NCBI GenBank assembly: GCA_951406725.2
Contig: OX597816.1
Span: 100,812,001 to 100,876,000, forward strand
Length of the DNA: 64,000 nucleotides
Origin: Octopus vulgaris
Lineage: Eukaryota
Direction of reading: 5' to 3'
This document shows, in pieces, positions 49,401 to 59,845 of this stretch. The notes under the pieces were generated by a model that did no database searches, was not told the origin of the DNA, and saw only the letters and a list, made by a program, of their open reading frames with translations. Each line of letters starts with the position of its first letter. Positions within the stretch are counted from its first letter, which is position 1. The position numbers were made by a program, and so were the translations under genes.

Positions 49401-50808
49401 TTTGATTCATTGACTTAAAACTTCTTGGTTTCCTGAATTTATTCATTTTCTTTACCATGTGTATTAATTCACAATGGTAATGTTTTCAGTTACCTGTAAT
49501 GGCAAAATTCCTGTACAATTTGATTTGCTGAAAAAAAAGCAATGCGAATGAGACCAGCCATTCTGGTATTTACATCTCAGTAATTATTGCTGAAGATGTT
49601 GCATCATATCTTGTTTTTTTTTTGTGTCCTTAATCATTTCACTATAAAATGTTTTTCATACCTGGCTACTCTCTTGTCATCATGAAAACAAACTCTTCCA
49701 TGTCATTTTTAATCTTTATCTGATAGTGAGCTCTAAAAATTACTTATCCTCTTGCAACTAAAAAGTTATAATTATTGATAATTTTAATAGCATTTCTGTA
49801 TCTATTAACGTAGCTCAATTAAGTAATATAGTAAAGATAACATGTTACCAGTATTTTATTTTATGTTCACATTTTCATATCAATAGACATCATATTACTC
49901 TTAGCTAACCACACTAAGATTACAGTAAACTGTAAAAAGAAATATTCCAAGTGATTGTAAGACATTGTAAATATTACTGTTGCTGATAATGTTATTGTTG
50001 TTTATGTTTCTTCCTTTAAAACATGCTTTTTCTTTTTGTTTTATACTAATTGACATTATATTTCTTTTTTTCAATTTTCTTTAGCACATCTGAGGCTAAA
50101 ACGGATTTCATGAAAGTTATCAGACAGACTATTAGAGACAGTGTTCGAAAAATGGCCGTGCCATCAGCACGGCAGACTGCCAAAACCAAATACATTCCAT
50201 TTGGTGGTAAGCGGCTTGAGTGTCTGGGAGCTAACCCACGCACTCTCAGTAAGATGCGTGGTGGATTAAAGGCTCCAGAGGTCGAAAGACATTCAGTGGA
50301 TTTTGAGGAAAACTTCAACAACTGCGAGTACGACAGCATGTTTAGGACAAGAAGCAAAACAATAGGCAACCTGAATGAGGTGGCACAAGGAGAAGACAAG
50401 AATGAGAAAATAGCTGACCAGGTACCAGCCCGACCAGCTTCATCTATTGCTAACCCTTATAGCACAGCGCCTCATGGAATGTCTAGCCGGCATCTAAGAG
50501 CTGCTGCACGAGAGCAGTCAGGTTCCAGGCCAACCTCACCAAGGCCCACCAGTGGGTCCCCAGTTTGGAAACCACGCCAGGACCCCAGTGGCTTTGGCAT
50601 TTCAGGTACAAGCAAACCGGGGACACCAACGCAAGTTCTGCCCTCACATGCTGTTGCCAGTGCACTAAGCAGCTCTGAGGCTTCAACACCAACTACATCA
50701 TCAGCATATGGAGATTACTCTGATGTTGTCTACCGGGCTGATACCCCTAGTCGGGTGATCACGCACCAGCCCTCCCATTGCATCGCCTACAAGGACACTG
50801 AGTGCTGA
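12629..50808 (+). CDS. sif: Tiam1/2-like (still life) Rac guanine nucleotide exchange factor, 5'-partial, spliced: 12629-12787, 18129-18309, 22638-22895, 24077-24165, 27550-27693, 28966-29160, 39739-39847, 42246-42422, 42602-42726, 47827-48000, 48093-48289, 50085-50808
   Basis: All introns are GT-AG and exon phases join (0,1,1,0,0,0,1,1,0,0,2) into 2532 nt of open frame. Domain order RBD-PDZ-DH-PH and motifs [64 protein letters not shown] and [12 protein letters not shown] are characteristic of Tiam1/SIF. Confidence 0.93.
12810..13005 (-). mobile_element. SINE (family B)
   Basis: Similar to 36000-36220 and to the reverse complement of 25553-25680 (gagttcaaatt B-box-like motif). Confidence 0.65.
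13640..13800 (+). mobile_element. Degenerate family A SINE head
   Basis: gtgtggtaaagaagtttgtttc...ccttgtgagggaatctggtaga resembles 46253-46396. Confidence 0.55.
13816..14429 (-). mobile_element. Internally deleted Mutator/MULE-like DNA transposon relic
   Basis: ORF 13874-14197 (YFEDSYIGR...PLFP...MWN...[14 protein letters not shown]...HPNIWHFL) matches the MULE transposase C-terminal pattern RTNNxxEGWH; imperfect ~48-bp TIRs of gacaaNtgcc units. Confidence 0.75.
15145..15945 (-). mobile_element. 5'-truncated RTE LINE copy
   Basis: Colinear with 43046-43945, including the 3' UTR tandem units and the ORF end. Confidence 0.85.
16305..16765. mobile_element. Two degenerate SINE/RTE 3' ends in inverted arrangement
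   Basis: 16305-16540 has the RTE 3'-end motif on -; 16545-16765 has the mirror motif on +, ending atgatgatga. Confidence 0.55.
16950..17181 (-). mobile_element. RTE LINE 3'-end fragment
   Basis: catcatcatttaacgtccgctttccatgctagcatgggttggacg is nearly identical to 43061-43105. Confidence 0.85.
17182..17722 (+). mobile_element. CR1/L2-group LINE 3' fragment
   Basis: Decayed [18 protein letters not shown] (LYSLQRRRERY motif) and [13 protein letters not shown]...[14 protein letters not shown]...NSL, a typical CR1-group ORF2 C-terminus. Confidence 0.75.
18129..18309 (+). CDS. sif: sif/Tiam exon, end of RBD and first half of PDZ: [10 protein letters not shown]...PEFGFRV...[15 protein letters not shown]
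   Basis: ttcttcag acceptor, AAG|gtcatt donor, 181 nt; FGF carboxylate-binding loop and PGGLA helix motif. Confidence 0.88.
18459..18900 (-). mobile_element. Young RTE LINE 3'-end fragment
   Basis: (CAT)5 tail; first ~200 nt nearly identical to 43055-43290. Confidence 0.88.
19362..19448 (-). ncRNA. Degenerate minimal type I hammerhead ribozyme motif, - arm
   Basis: On - strand: ttcc-CTGACAA-g...cattgat...atcaatg...c-GAAAA-ATAT-GTC-ggaa (G8 and C15.2 mutated; stem I ttcc/ggaa intact). Confidence 0.55.
19704..19789 (+). ncRNA. Degenerate minimal type I hammerhead ribozyme motif, + arm
   Basis: cc-CTGATGG (19708-19714; A9 changed to G) ... GAAAC-ATAT-GTC (19774-19785)-ggaa. Confidence 0.6.
20600..21300 (-). 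mobile_element. Degenerate RTE/BovB-related element
   Basis: - strand reads ggcagcccatctagaagaaggaaaactctgattccaaacc, resembling the conserved 5' region of RTE/BovB-type elements; GC-richer than flanks. Confidence 0.45.
21700..21860 (-). mobile_element. Ancient SINE-like repeat (family C); related copies near 23380-23520 (+), 24620-24720 (-), 41840-42030 (+), 42870-43020 (+), 52560-52750 (+)
   Basis: Shared motifs ctagaaatagcagccaaatctc and ggaatgcctttgatcataggt recognisable in degenerate form in several places. Confidence 0.55.
22638..22895 (+). CDS. sif: sif/Tiam exon, second half of PDZ and linker: [14 protein letters not shown]...
   Basis: tttgcag acceptor, CAG|gtaata donor, 258 nt, phase 1/1; PDZ motif L-x-PGD-x-I-x-x-ING. 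Confidence 0.9.
24077..24165 (+). CDS. sif: sif/Tiam linker exon: [30 protein letters not shown]
   Basis: tcatag acceptor, AAG|gtaaat donor, 89 nt; needed to bridge phase 1 to phase 0. Confidence 0.8.
25553..25680 (+). mobile_element. SINE (family B) head
   Basis: gctggcagaatcattagcac...gagttcaaattcc, A/B-box-like; reverse complement of 36120-36218. Confidence 0.65.
25880..27180 (-). mobile_element. Heavily decayed CR1/Jockey-group LINE reverse transcriptase region
   Basis: Remnant peptides [18 protein letters not shown] (cf. IPKKGD..DP.NYRPI) and [27 protein letters not shown] (RT palm/thumb). Confidence 0.65.
27550..27693 (+). CDS. sif: sif/Tiam exon, start of DH domain: [10 protein letters not shown]...[23 protein letters not shown]
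   Basis: cttcag acceptor, AAG|gtaata donor, 144 nt; DH conserved region 1. Confidence 0.93.
28021..28575 (-). mobile_element. Old RTE 3' fragment
   Basis: (CAT)11 tail; body colinear with the 1034 and 2324 copies. Confidence 0.75.
28966..29160 (+). CDS. sif: sif/Tiam DH exon: [13 protein letters not shown]...[21 protein letters not shown]...KKFR
   Basis: tacag acceptor, CGG|gtaagt donor, 195 nt. Confidence 0.93.
31561..31575 (+). CDS. sif: Candidate 15-nt alternative microexon (DEELR) within the DH domain
   Basis: tttctttctgctgtgtgtttgtcctactag|GATGAAGAACTCAGG|gtatgt; frame-preserving and stop-free in a phase-0 intron. Confidence 0.6.
34853..35175 (-). mobile_element. Old RTE 3' fragment
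   Basis: Degenerate CAT tail and ggtttctacagctggatacccttcttaatgccaaccac motif. Confidence 0.7.
35480..35835 (-). mobile_element. Degenerate SINE (family A head plus RTE-type tail)
   Basis: 35690-35830 resembles 7410-7560; 35480-35580 resembles the RTE 3' end. Confidence 0.6.
36000..36220 (-). mobile_element. SINE (family B)
   Basis: Similar to 12810-13005. Confidence 0.7.
39739..39847 (+). CDS. sif: sif/Tiam DH exon: [36 protein letters not shown]
   Basis: tattacag acceptor, CAG|gtaagt donor, 109 nt; translated by hand (not in ORF track). Confidence 0.92.
40000..41450. mobile_element. Tail-to-tail pair of old RTE 3' fragments
   Basis: Pyrimidine tract then + strand tail (gatgataatgatgaag, ~40640); then (CAT)n at 40665, - strand body and purine tract. 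Confidence 0.55.
42246..42422 (+). CDS. sif: sif/Tiam DH exon: [44 protein letters not shown]...HYHLS
   Basis: ttttag acceptor, CAG|gtattc donor, 177 nt; DH conserved region 3; translated by hand. Confidence 0.93.
42602..42726 (+). CDS. sif: sif/Tiam exon, end of DH: [24 protein letters not shown]...HNK
   Basis: cttgcag acceptor, AAA|gtaagt donor, 125 nt; HINEMQ motif. Confidence 0.92.
43046..46131 (-). mobile_element. Young 5'-truncated RTE-clade LINE: APE C-terminus, RT, PHD finger, 3' UTR, (ATG)n tail
   Basis: SQIDYIL and QHRLV (endonuclease end), [43 protein letters not shown] (44604-44615), FRYLG; one 1-nt frameshift at the G run 44684-44687; (CAT)8 at 43046-43069. Confidence 0.96.
46236..46668 (+). 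mobile_element. tRNA-type SINE (family A), near full length
   Basis: tgtggtaagtagc and ggttcagtccc Pol III box-like motifs, central (TA)n, A-rich tail. Confidence 0.82.
47827..48000 (+). CDS. sif: sif/Tiam exon, C-terminal PH domain, first part: [17 protein letters not shown]...[12 protein letters not shown]...KLKK
   Basis: tttcag acceptor, AAG|gtaaat donor, 174 nt. Confidence 0.91.
48093..48289 (+). CDS. sif: sif/Tiam exon, PH domain, second part: SSNSRN...RFRTLIPV...[22 protein letters not shown]
   Basis: ttttaacag acceptor after a 92-nt intron, CTG|gtaagt donor, 197 nt; translated by hand. Confidence 0.91.
48545..48858. mobile_element. hAT-type MITE
   Basis: TIRs cagtaattctcaac / gttgagaaccactg; 8-bp flanks tgttagat and ccctagat look like a decayed TSD at a CTAG-type hAT target. 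Confidence 0.75.
50085..50808 (+). CDS. sif: sif/Tiam last coding exon: PH C-terminal helix plus disordered S/P-rich tail ending ...YKDTEC*
   Basis: ttttctttag acceptor, phase 2; matches ORF 50050..50808; GC-richer coding-like composition; TGA at 50806-50808. Confidence 0.9.
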
Positions 50809-51056
50809 GCCAGAAGAATGGGAATTGATTAATCAATTAATTAACCATAGTAACACATCTTTAACATCACAGGGAAATTAAAGCAAAGAAAATAATTAAT
50901 TTCCCTGGAATAGTGTGGGTTTTTTTCTTCAGTATTTGTTGAAAAAGAAAAGAAAGAACAACAAAAAAAAACCCCAAAGACTGTGTGTTTCTTCTGAGTC
51001 ATGTTTTCAATGTACTCCACGACTGATGAACACTGGGAGTTGCTGGAGCAAAGTAT

Positions 51057-51075
51057 TCTCTCTCTCTCTCTCTCT

Positions 51076-51113
<38 letters not shown>
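51057..51113. repeat. (CT)n microsatellite in the proximal 3' UTR
   Basis: Direct reading. Confidence 0.95.
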
Positions 51114-51116
<3 letters not shown>

Positions 51117-51193
51117 TGCTGTCACACAAATGTACATACACACATTCACATGTGCATATGTGTGTGTAATGAGATGAGACATCATGTAAAGAC

Positions 51194-51195
51194 AT

Positions 51196-51230
<35 letters not shown>

Positions 51231-51232
51231 TT
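51194..51232 (+). repeat. (ATTT)n tract, overlapping AUUUA pentamers
   Basis: About nine ATTT units ~385 nt after the stop codon. Confidence 0.9.
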
Positions 51233-51462
51233 ACTGTTAACTATGTCATATTTTCAGTAAAAAATCCCAATGAGATTAGTGATGTTGTATAAATGGTGAT
51301 AAATGACATATAACCTACATGTTCTATAATGGTAACTGCATAGATACATGCAAGGTGAACAACTCTTTCAATATACTTAGTATATTTAGTTAGTGGATTT
51401 TTTTTCTCAATATGCACCATGGAAAATAATGTAAAACCTCACAGCCATAGAATTAGCTAAGG

Positions 51463-51626
51463 TATATATATATATACACATACATATATAATATATACGC
51501 ATATATATATAATATATAATATATATATACACATATATAAATATTATATATATATACACATATATATATTATATATATATATACATATATATAATATACA
51601 TATATGTGTGTGTGTATACATATATA
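51463..51626. repeat. Compound (TA)/(CA) microsatellite
   Basis: Direct reading. Confidence 0.9.
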
Positions 51627-53745
51627 GATAAAAGATATTGTTCTTGTTTTAGAGGACTGTATTGTATTATATGAAGAGGTGCTGAGCTAGAATTATGAAA
51701 TCCCTTTTCTCTGAGGTAGTATGGATTTAATGAGATGAAAGTGACAAATAGCTATCTCAGAAGAAAAATTGATATTAACTCTTTCTTAAGTGTGTGCAAA
51801 TAGAACAGACTACACTTAATCTTTAAAGAGGGTAGGTAATCTGGAAGTTGGTTTCCTTTTAATCTCTAATAAGATGGTTCTTTTTTATTCTATGAAAAAA
51901 TATCCCTAAATTATTCATTTTTTTTTTACTTTTAACCTTGGCAGCAAAATTTATGATTCAAGTCTTAAGCGATGATTATGTCAAAAATAAGTTAAATTGA
52001 ATTAAGTTTTTGAATGTTAACTATGATAAAATAATTCTTAGAAAACTATTTTCATGTTTAGCAGAAGAAAAAGATCATTATTATTAGTGGTAACAATACC
52101 TAATATTTCACAAACACAAATGAAACTACTTTATTTCAATGATGCTATACCATAAAACTTCAATGAGTTTTTAATTGTGCAGTGGTTCTTTAAAATTGAC
52201 TGCTCTCTATTTATTAGCATCATCTCACAATATTCCTACTGATTTATTTAATATATCTTTGTCAGATTCCTTAAGTAGAATAGATAAATAGCCTGGAAAA
52301 TAGATGTTGAATGTAATAAATATCAAATTGTTGATATACTAAATGGAATGAAAAATCCATTCCTTATATATTCTTAGATTAGATTTGTACTGATAGACTT
52401 GATATAAATTAGAGTTTGTAAAATGGAAATTTGCCACAGATCAGAGACAAGAGTTAATTCCATTTTGCTATCTTAAAATCAAAATATTTTTTTGAGTTTA
52501 CAAAAGTACAATTAATCTTGTATTAATGCTATGATAAGAATAGTATTCACCTCTAACTGAAGGAGTCTCTATGCAGTTACTCAGCCTGTTAGAAATATAA
52601 ACCAAATTTCTCAAATCCACATCCTACTTACTATAACATAGAAAGGATATACTGACTAATGTTATCCTGCATATATAAAAAGATTGTCTAAAATGGAACA
52701 TCTTTGATCATAAGTCTACTCAACAAGGTTTGAGCTGGGACTAAATACAGTAACAAAATAATAGCTTTTAAAATATGTATAAAATTGATACTGCATTAAT
52801 TTTTTAAGTTATCAATAGGAACATTTTTTAAAGCTTATAAATATATGTTTGGCAATTTTATTAATTAATTTCAATAGATTTACGAATATTGAAAATATCA
52901 GATAGAAAATACTTTTCTCACTTAATTATTTCATATAGCATATATCTGGCATAGATTAAGGATATATGAGAAATGTATGCATGTGTGTATTGAAATAGCT
53001 AATAGAAACACTAGAATAATTACTGCTGAGGTAAAAGTGTTTTATTCTAAGGGAGAAATGAGAATTGAGAAAGATAAGAAAAATTATTTTATATATCAGA
53101 TGTTGTTGGTAAAAAAGGATGGAATTCATAACATTAAAACTATCGTTTTCTGGAACAAACCATATAGTAAGGAATACCAAAATACCTAAAACAGCCTGGG
53201 AAAAAAATTATTAGCAGAAGCCACTCCATATTTCTATCAAGACGTTGCCTGCATCTATTAAATATTGATTTCGAAAAGAAAGAGCAAAATGAAAATAACG
53301 TCAAGTGATATGCAAAAATAGCTTTCATATTTTTCACAAGTCATTCTTAAGCTAAAACTGATAATTCATTGACAATTCTAAAACAAATTCAGATAATGAT
53401 GGGCATTGTTCCTGACGCCCCTGGCATTAAAAACGTTTCAAAGCGATTTTTGATAGTTTTTTTACTTTTTTTTCACAAGGGACGTAACTTAGCATGTTTC
53501 TCTGATTTAATTTTATAAACTTTTCTTTGCTAAGCTGCAATCAAAAGTGAAAATCTTAGAATAATAAAATTTGTTTTCATTGTAGATATCTAAAATAAAA
53601 GTTCTATGTGAGAAAATTAGAATTATTTAAAGAGTAATGCATTTAGTTGGTTAAAAAGATGTTCATACATTGATGATAGATATTGTTTTACAATTATAGC
53701 TGCTATTCTTTTATACTAGTTTCTAATTGATAATTTGATTTATCA

Positions 53746-53799
53746 ATCTTGATAATCTAGTGAGATAATTTATCAATTATCTCACTAGATTATCAAGAT
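53746..53799. repeat. Perfect 25-bp inverted repeat with 4-nt loop
   Basis: atcttgataatctagtgagataatt-tatc-aattatctcactagattatcaagat. Confidence 0.95.
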
Positions 53800-56700
53800 A
53801 TATAATTCTATAAAATTTTAGAGAATAAAAGCAATGAAAACTTATGAAAAATAGGTATGGAAATTATTTTTGAAGGTTCATTCTTCTTAATCAATGCTGA
53901 TTATTAAAAACCAGGAGAGAACACTGCTGTTACAAAACCAGGTAACAAAATTATAATTTCAAGGAAACTCAATAGAAAATGAACAATAATAAGATTTAAC
54001 ATTAATTTGAAAGAGTAAATTACATATAGTTTTAATCCAATGCAAGATTAAAATATCATTTTACATGTTACTAGAAATTTTTGTCTAACTTTAGATTATT
54101 CTTTTATTAGTTCCAACCAGGTCGATGTGGTCATGCTGGAAGTATTGTCAAAGTCTAATTGAATTCCTGATATTTTATTCTATGCTATTCTTGTATGCTC
54201 AGAATATTTTGTAAAGAAATCGAAACAAGTGATTTGTATAGAATAATCAATGTTGGTTCAAAACTTGGACTTGAAATAAAAAAAGAAATATCACTAAAAT
54301 ATCTTACATTTAAAACTGATACCAAAACAGAACAATATCTAAAAATAAATAAACATTTTTACTTTACTATTTTTATGATATAATTGACATGGTAAGAAAT
54401 TTTAGGTTTTTCTCCAAATATTCTGAAGTTATTAAATGTAGAAAATTGTAATTAAGGTATCCCATGCATTAACTCAGTAAGAAATAAACTATAAATCAAA
54501 CATTTCAAACACTGTTTAAAAGAAGTAAATAAAATAAAATATATGTTATTTAAGGTAGTCAGGAGATGATTAAAAGATGTTGTATGCTTATGTATTTTTA
54601 TTGTGTTGGTGAGTAACTTATTGATTTCAGTTGTTCTTCATTCATGCTATTGGATAAATGATAATATTTATAATTATTAATCAACTTTAAATACATGTGT
54701 AAATAGACATGCATTTTCAAACAAATTTTAGTCTAATACCTATATACTGAATATATTACAAAGTCTATGTTAAAATGTTTCTTGTTCTAAATAATAACTA
54801 AAACTTTCTGTCAATATTGCTAAAGCTCCACTGCAGTAATGAAGGACTATTGTGACTGTGAACATTGTTCCTTGAAGTACATGAACTGCATAAAACATAA
54901 AACAAATGTGAACTGCATAAAACAAAATACAAAAATCCCTGTTATTATTGAGTTTAAAAAAGAAAGGATACTATGTTTAAAAGATAAAAATTCAATTGTT
55001 TAAAAAACTGAAAATAAATAACAAAATCTCTAAAAGTATTTGTTATTCCATTGTCAATAAAGCATGATTTTTAAGAGAGATATGCATGTATTAAAAGAAA
55101 AATTAACATAGCATACATCCTAAAAGAAGCAAAGACAAGCAGGAAAGGAAAACATAGCTAAAATGAAAATTTTCTTTTAATTATCATTTTTACATAGTTT
55201 TGTTTTGTTTTGTTTTAACTCTGAAAGAAGATTTACCAATATAATAATGATAATGAGTAAAGAAATGTTTGGTTGGATTTTATTGCCCTTTCCTACACAC
55301 CTATCTTCATAAAGATGAATTCCTTTTCTGCTTACTTAAATATCCTTCCCTAAAATTTTTCCTTATTTCCCTCCTGAAATCTAACTTCAATTTTTATTAA
55401 TTTTTCGTACAGGAATCAGTGTTGATTTTGAAAGCCTTAGGATCTTTCGTAGACATATTGTAATAAAAGTATATTTCTGCTTTGCAACTCTTTAAAAGTA
55501 CAATAAAATGTATTCTAAACTGAAAGACTATCTCACAGTGTATGGTTAAGAGAAGGAAATATTTCTTAAATATCCTCACTCTTCCACTTGGTGTTCGTGT
55601 AAACACATTTCTCCTGCCACAGATTACCTGGCGTCATTAAAATATATTCAACCCAAATATGCACATGCATGAACCTGATTATGTTCACATTTCCCATTTC
55701 AATGTTCTATAAATGCATGGTTACCCTAAATTTAAATAAATTTTCCACTAAGAAAGTATCATTTACATTAAGGTTTACTATTGCTGTTTCTAACTTACAA
55801 CTAGCTTTAAAGTTTCAAATCCCTCATTAGTAACACTTTATCCTGTAATTATTGCTGTCATCAATATCAAATATTAATAATATTATAACTAACTAAATTT
55901 AGTCGCTATAAAATCTATTAACCATGAATGCTAATGCTAATTTTAAAAATTAAAACAAAAGTTATCAATAAATTGAAATAGAAATAAAATTTACAAACTA
56001 CTTAGTGAGTTTCTTTGAAATTATGATGTAACTAATAAACATTTAAGTGCATTTGAAAAGTAAAAATCAATTGATATGATGTTTCTTAAAAATATTTTAC
56101 ACCTCTAAAAACAGCATGATTTCACTTATTCTTGTTTTGCACTAACCTTATTTTGTGCTCTGGCACATTCCACCTGTTACCTGGTGTTAAAGCAGTTTGT
56201 CATTAGTTTAGTAATATATTAAATTTTGTTGATGTTTGATCCTTCTACCTAAACTGTACAATTGTATATTTTATACTTTTTTTAATGCCTTGTTTGCCAT
56301 ACAGAATATCAGATGTTAATGACATACTGATTGCAAAAAATGATGCCTTTATATATACGTCATTCTTATTATCAGAATTAGCATCGACTAGAAAGAAATG
56401 GGGGAAGATTTAGATTTGAAATTATTGTTAAAAAACAAAAACTTTTTTTTTTTGTCAGAGCAGATTATTTTGATGAGTTGTAGTGCACATGAGCACTATA
56501 TACAATAATTTTATTATTATGATTATTATTATTATAAAACAGAGAAAAAATTTGTTTGTTTTTTTAAAAACAAAAAATTGAAAGTTGGATATCTCGTTTT
56601 CCTATACTTAAATAAGAATAGCTGATTAAAGCATTGTTTGTTAATGTAAGAACAAGAGAAAATACTAACGTTGGACTTAGGAACAACATTAACTCGATGA

Positions 56701-59700
56701 GAGATCATATTTAAAGGGAAATAATTAGAATAGTAATTCGGAGAGTTACTTCCCGTGTTGACCTTTTCGTTTCTTTTTTAGCATCTCTTACATAATTTTT
56801 TAATACATTTTACTCAGGAAAAAATATATTTTACATAACTATTACCCAACTATTATTATTTTCCAAAGTATTTTTCTTTCGAGCGTTATTTTAGGTCTTC
56901 TTTTCCAATGCATTAATTTTAAGTATATTTAAAATTTTTTAGAATGTATTTACAAAAATTCAATATTCAGTTTCAATTTTGTTTAGCTACTTATGCAGCT
57001 CCAACTAAATTGGTTCACATTGATAACTTAATGGGTTATTTTGTTAATTGATATAATTAAATTATTTCATGTGCTTCACTTTATTTGAAAGAAGGAATTA
57101 TTTAAGAAAATTCTATGACTGCTATTAGTTTGACTATCTCTACACAGTGTCAACTTCTATTATCCAGCTTGGGTACATGATTTCACACATGTGTAAGTGT
57201 AAATCAGGAAGAGGAGAAATGAAGTTACTTTCAGTTAATCAAATATAAACATGACATATGCTAAAGTAGTGATAAAAAACACCCTCTTTGCTAAGGACTC
57301 TGCAACCTCAATAAATAATCTTTGGGATAAACTGCCAACAGATTTGACTGAGCTTTTAAATATAGAAAAATTAAAGAATATTTTCCAAAATTTAAACATG
57401 TTTTAGTATCAAACATAGACAGAAAATTTTTCTATATAGATATAACATTTAATAACTGATGTATATATATATATATATATGTATACTGATAGAGCTGAGC
57501 AACATAATTTTCTTAGCTTGTTGAATAAGTCAATTGGAATTATTATCTACCTCAATGCGAATGTTTGACAATGATAAATGAATCTTATATGCAACTGCAG
57601 AAGGAATGCAAAGAACCATGCCTATCTAAATTCCTATACAATAAGTTATTCTAAATTGACTATTTAGAAAAACAAAGTCTGTCTTTATTTGTAAGAGATT
57701 ATTTTCATGTTTTTTTTTATCAGTATCACAAGTTTTTATTAGGGTTTTAATTTGCACATGCTTTTAAAAATTGATATGCATTGATGATATGTAGAACTAT
57801 GCAGATAAATATATTTCAACAATGAATAATGAAAATAATTAGCACAGTTGATTTTAGTTTCATCTGGATACTGATGCTTTTTCTAAATGCACTAATTGCT
57901 ATATAAGAATGTTTGATTTAAGCTAAAGAATCAAGCAATTTGTTGTAGTTAATTATTTTCATATTCATTGCTTTCTTTAAATTTAAGTAAATCCATAAAT
58001 TCTTTCAATATCACTAATTACTTCATTGGTAGCTGGAAAGCAATCTAAAGAGAGAGAGAGGGAAGAATTCAAATGCTGTGTTGCATATAAAAGTCCAGTA
58101 GATATACATGTACCCAACTACCAACTAATATGTATATGTATATATAAGTTCCTGTACATTTATAACTATTAATATACACATAGTTTTGTTGGTATGTATA
58201 TCCAGAGGGTTCTTCGATGCAGGTCACACTGTCTACATTAGATGTACCATGTCATTTCAGAAAGTATGTCACTCGTTGCTATGATTTGGGACCTAATGAC
58301 AGAAGTCTCTTCGTGCAAGGAAGGATGTTGTTTTTTTCTTCTATGAAATAATAGCCAAATGACGACTATTATGAAATCAACTAACCTTGTAAAGAAATCT
58401 AAGAGAAACCATCCATTATATTGAGGATCGTATCTGGATGGAAGTAAAATTTTATTGAAAAAGTTTGACATATCAAACAAAAGCACAGTTGGTTCTGTAC
58501 ACCATGAAATGGAACACAAACAGTATCAAATTCAGAAATAATAACTAATAAATATGTTAAATAAATATACAAATAAAAATGCATAATTTTTCTATCAGAG
58601 TTTTAATAGGGGAAATTTAAAGGAGCTTTCACCTTAAATATTGGGTAAAATTGCAAGAAATAAAATGCATCGGCAAGTAATGATGTGATACAGATTGTTA
58701 AGATTGTTCATGAGCTCCTCATGAAATGCTGGTCATTTGGAGTTATTTATGCTACATTGCAGGAAAGAAAGTAAAACTATTGGTGGGAAAAGCCAAAGAG
58801 GGAGTATTATTTAATAAAACTCCCACAACAAAGTATAAACTTTGAAGTGATATAACTTTCTTTTTGCTAATTATTTTTATACTGGTTCAATAAAACAAAT
58901 TATCATCTAAAAACATACAGGCAATAAAAAATAGCTGAAGCAATTAGTTGAAATAGTCACTGTCTGTCTCTGTATATCTATAAATACAGTTACACAGCTT
59001 GACATGACATCTATGTGGCAGGTGAATATCACACAAACATGCAAAAGGTAATGGCATGAATTCATGATGGGATCATTTGAGAGATTAATTTGCTGGGTTT
59101 TTTGTTTTTTTGTTTTTTTTTCTGTGGTTTATTACTAATACAGCATGAACATTACACCAACGCTAGGTAAAAATTAACTGCAAACTACTGACAGAAAAAC
59201 ATTATTTACCATCAGATATTAGATTCTGATTCAAAATGATTAAACAGAAAAAGTATAGTCAAGTAATTTAGCAAAAGATTATGATATTTCAAATGTGTTT
59301 CAATCTTATGTGAAATCTCACAGAATATCTTTGAACTGTATATCCATGAACCATTAATATTCTAAAATACCAAAGAGTATTTTTACTGTAATGTATTACC
59401 TCTCTTTATTCAGAAATCACGGAATGTATTGTTTAAAAAAAGTGTTTTGTAATCCAGCATGTCTTAACTATGTTAAGCAGTAATGTTTCTTTTCTTTAAT
59501 TTTTTTTTAATGCTTGCTACCTTACCCTGCAAGTCACTGATTGTTTTCAATGTTCAATTTACTATCATCATCATCATTACCATCACCATCCATGTCGTTG
59601 TTATTCTCCTCCTTATCATTGTCATCATTTCATTTTTTTTTATCAGCAAACTTTTTATCATCATCAATTACATTAATTTCAAATATGCAAGTTTCCCTAC

Positions 59701-59770
59701 ATTATAAATATCATTAGTAAGTACTCTTTCAAGTATCTAAATAGAATTCATTTCCAAGAAATCTTTTAAA

Positions 59771-59773
<3 letters not shown>

Positions 59774-59845
<72 letters not shown>

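Noticed and set aside
50803-50812. Terminal Cys as a prenylation signal, or TGA readthrough
   Set aside because: Not CaaX, CC or CxC; the stop context TGA-G is not the leaky TGA-C type.
58101-58202. Imperfect hairpin (gatatacat...ccaac / gttggtatgtatatc) as a pre-miRNA
   Set aside because: Pairing relies largely on low-complexity TA-rich sequence with several bulges.
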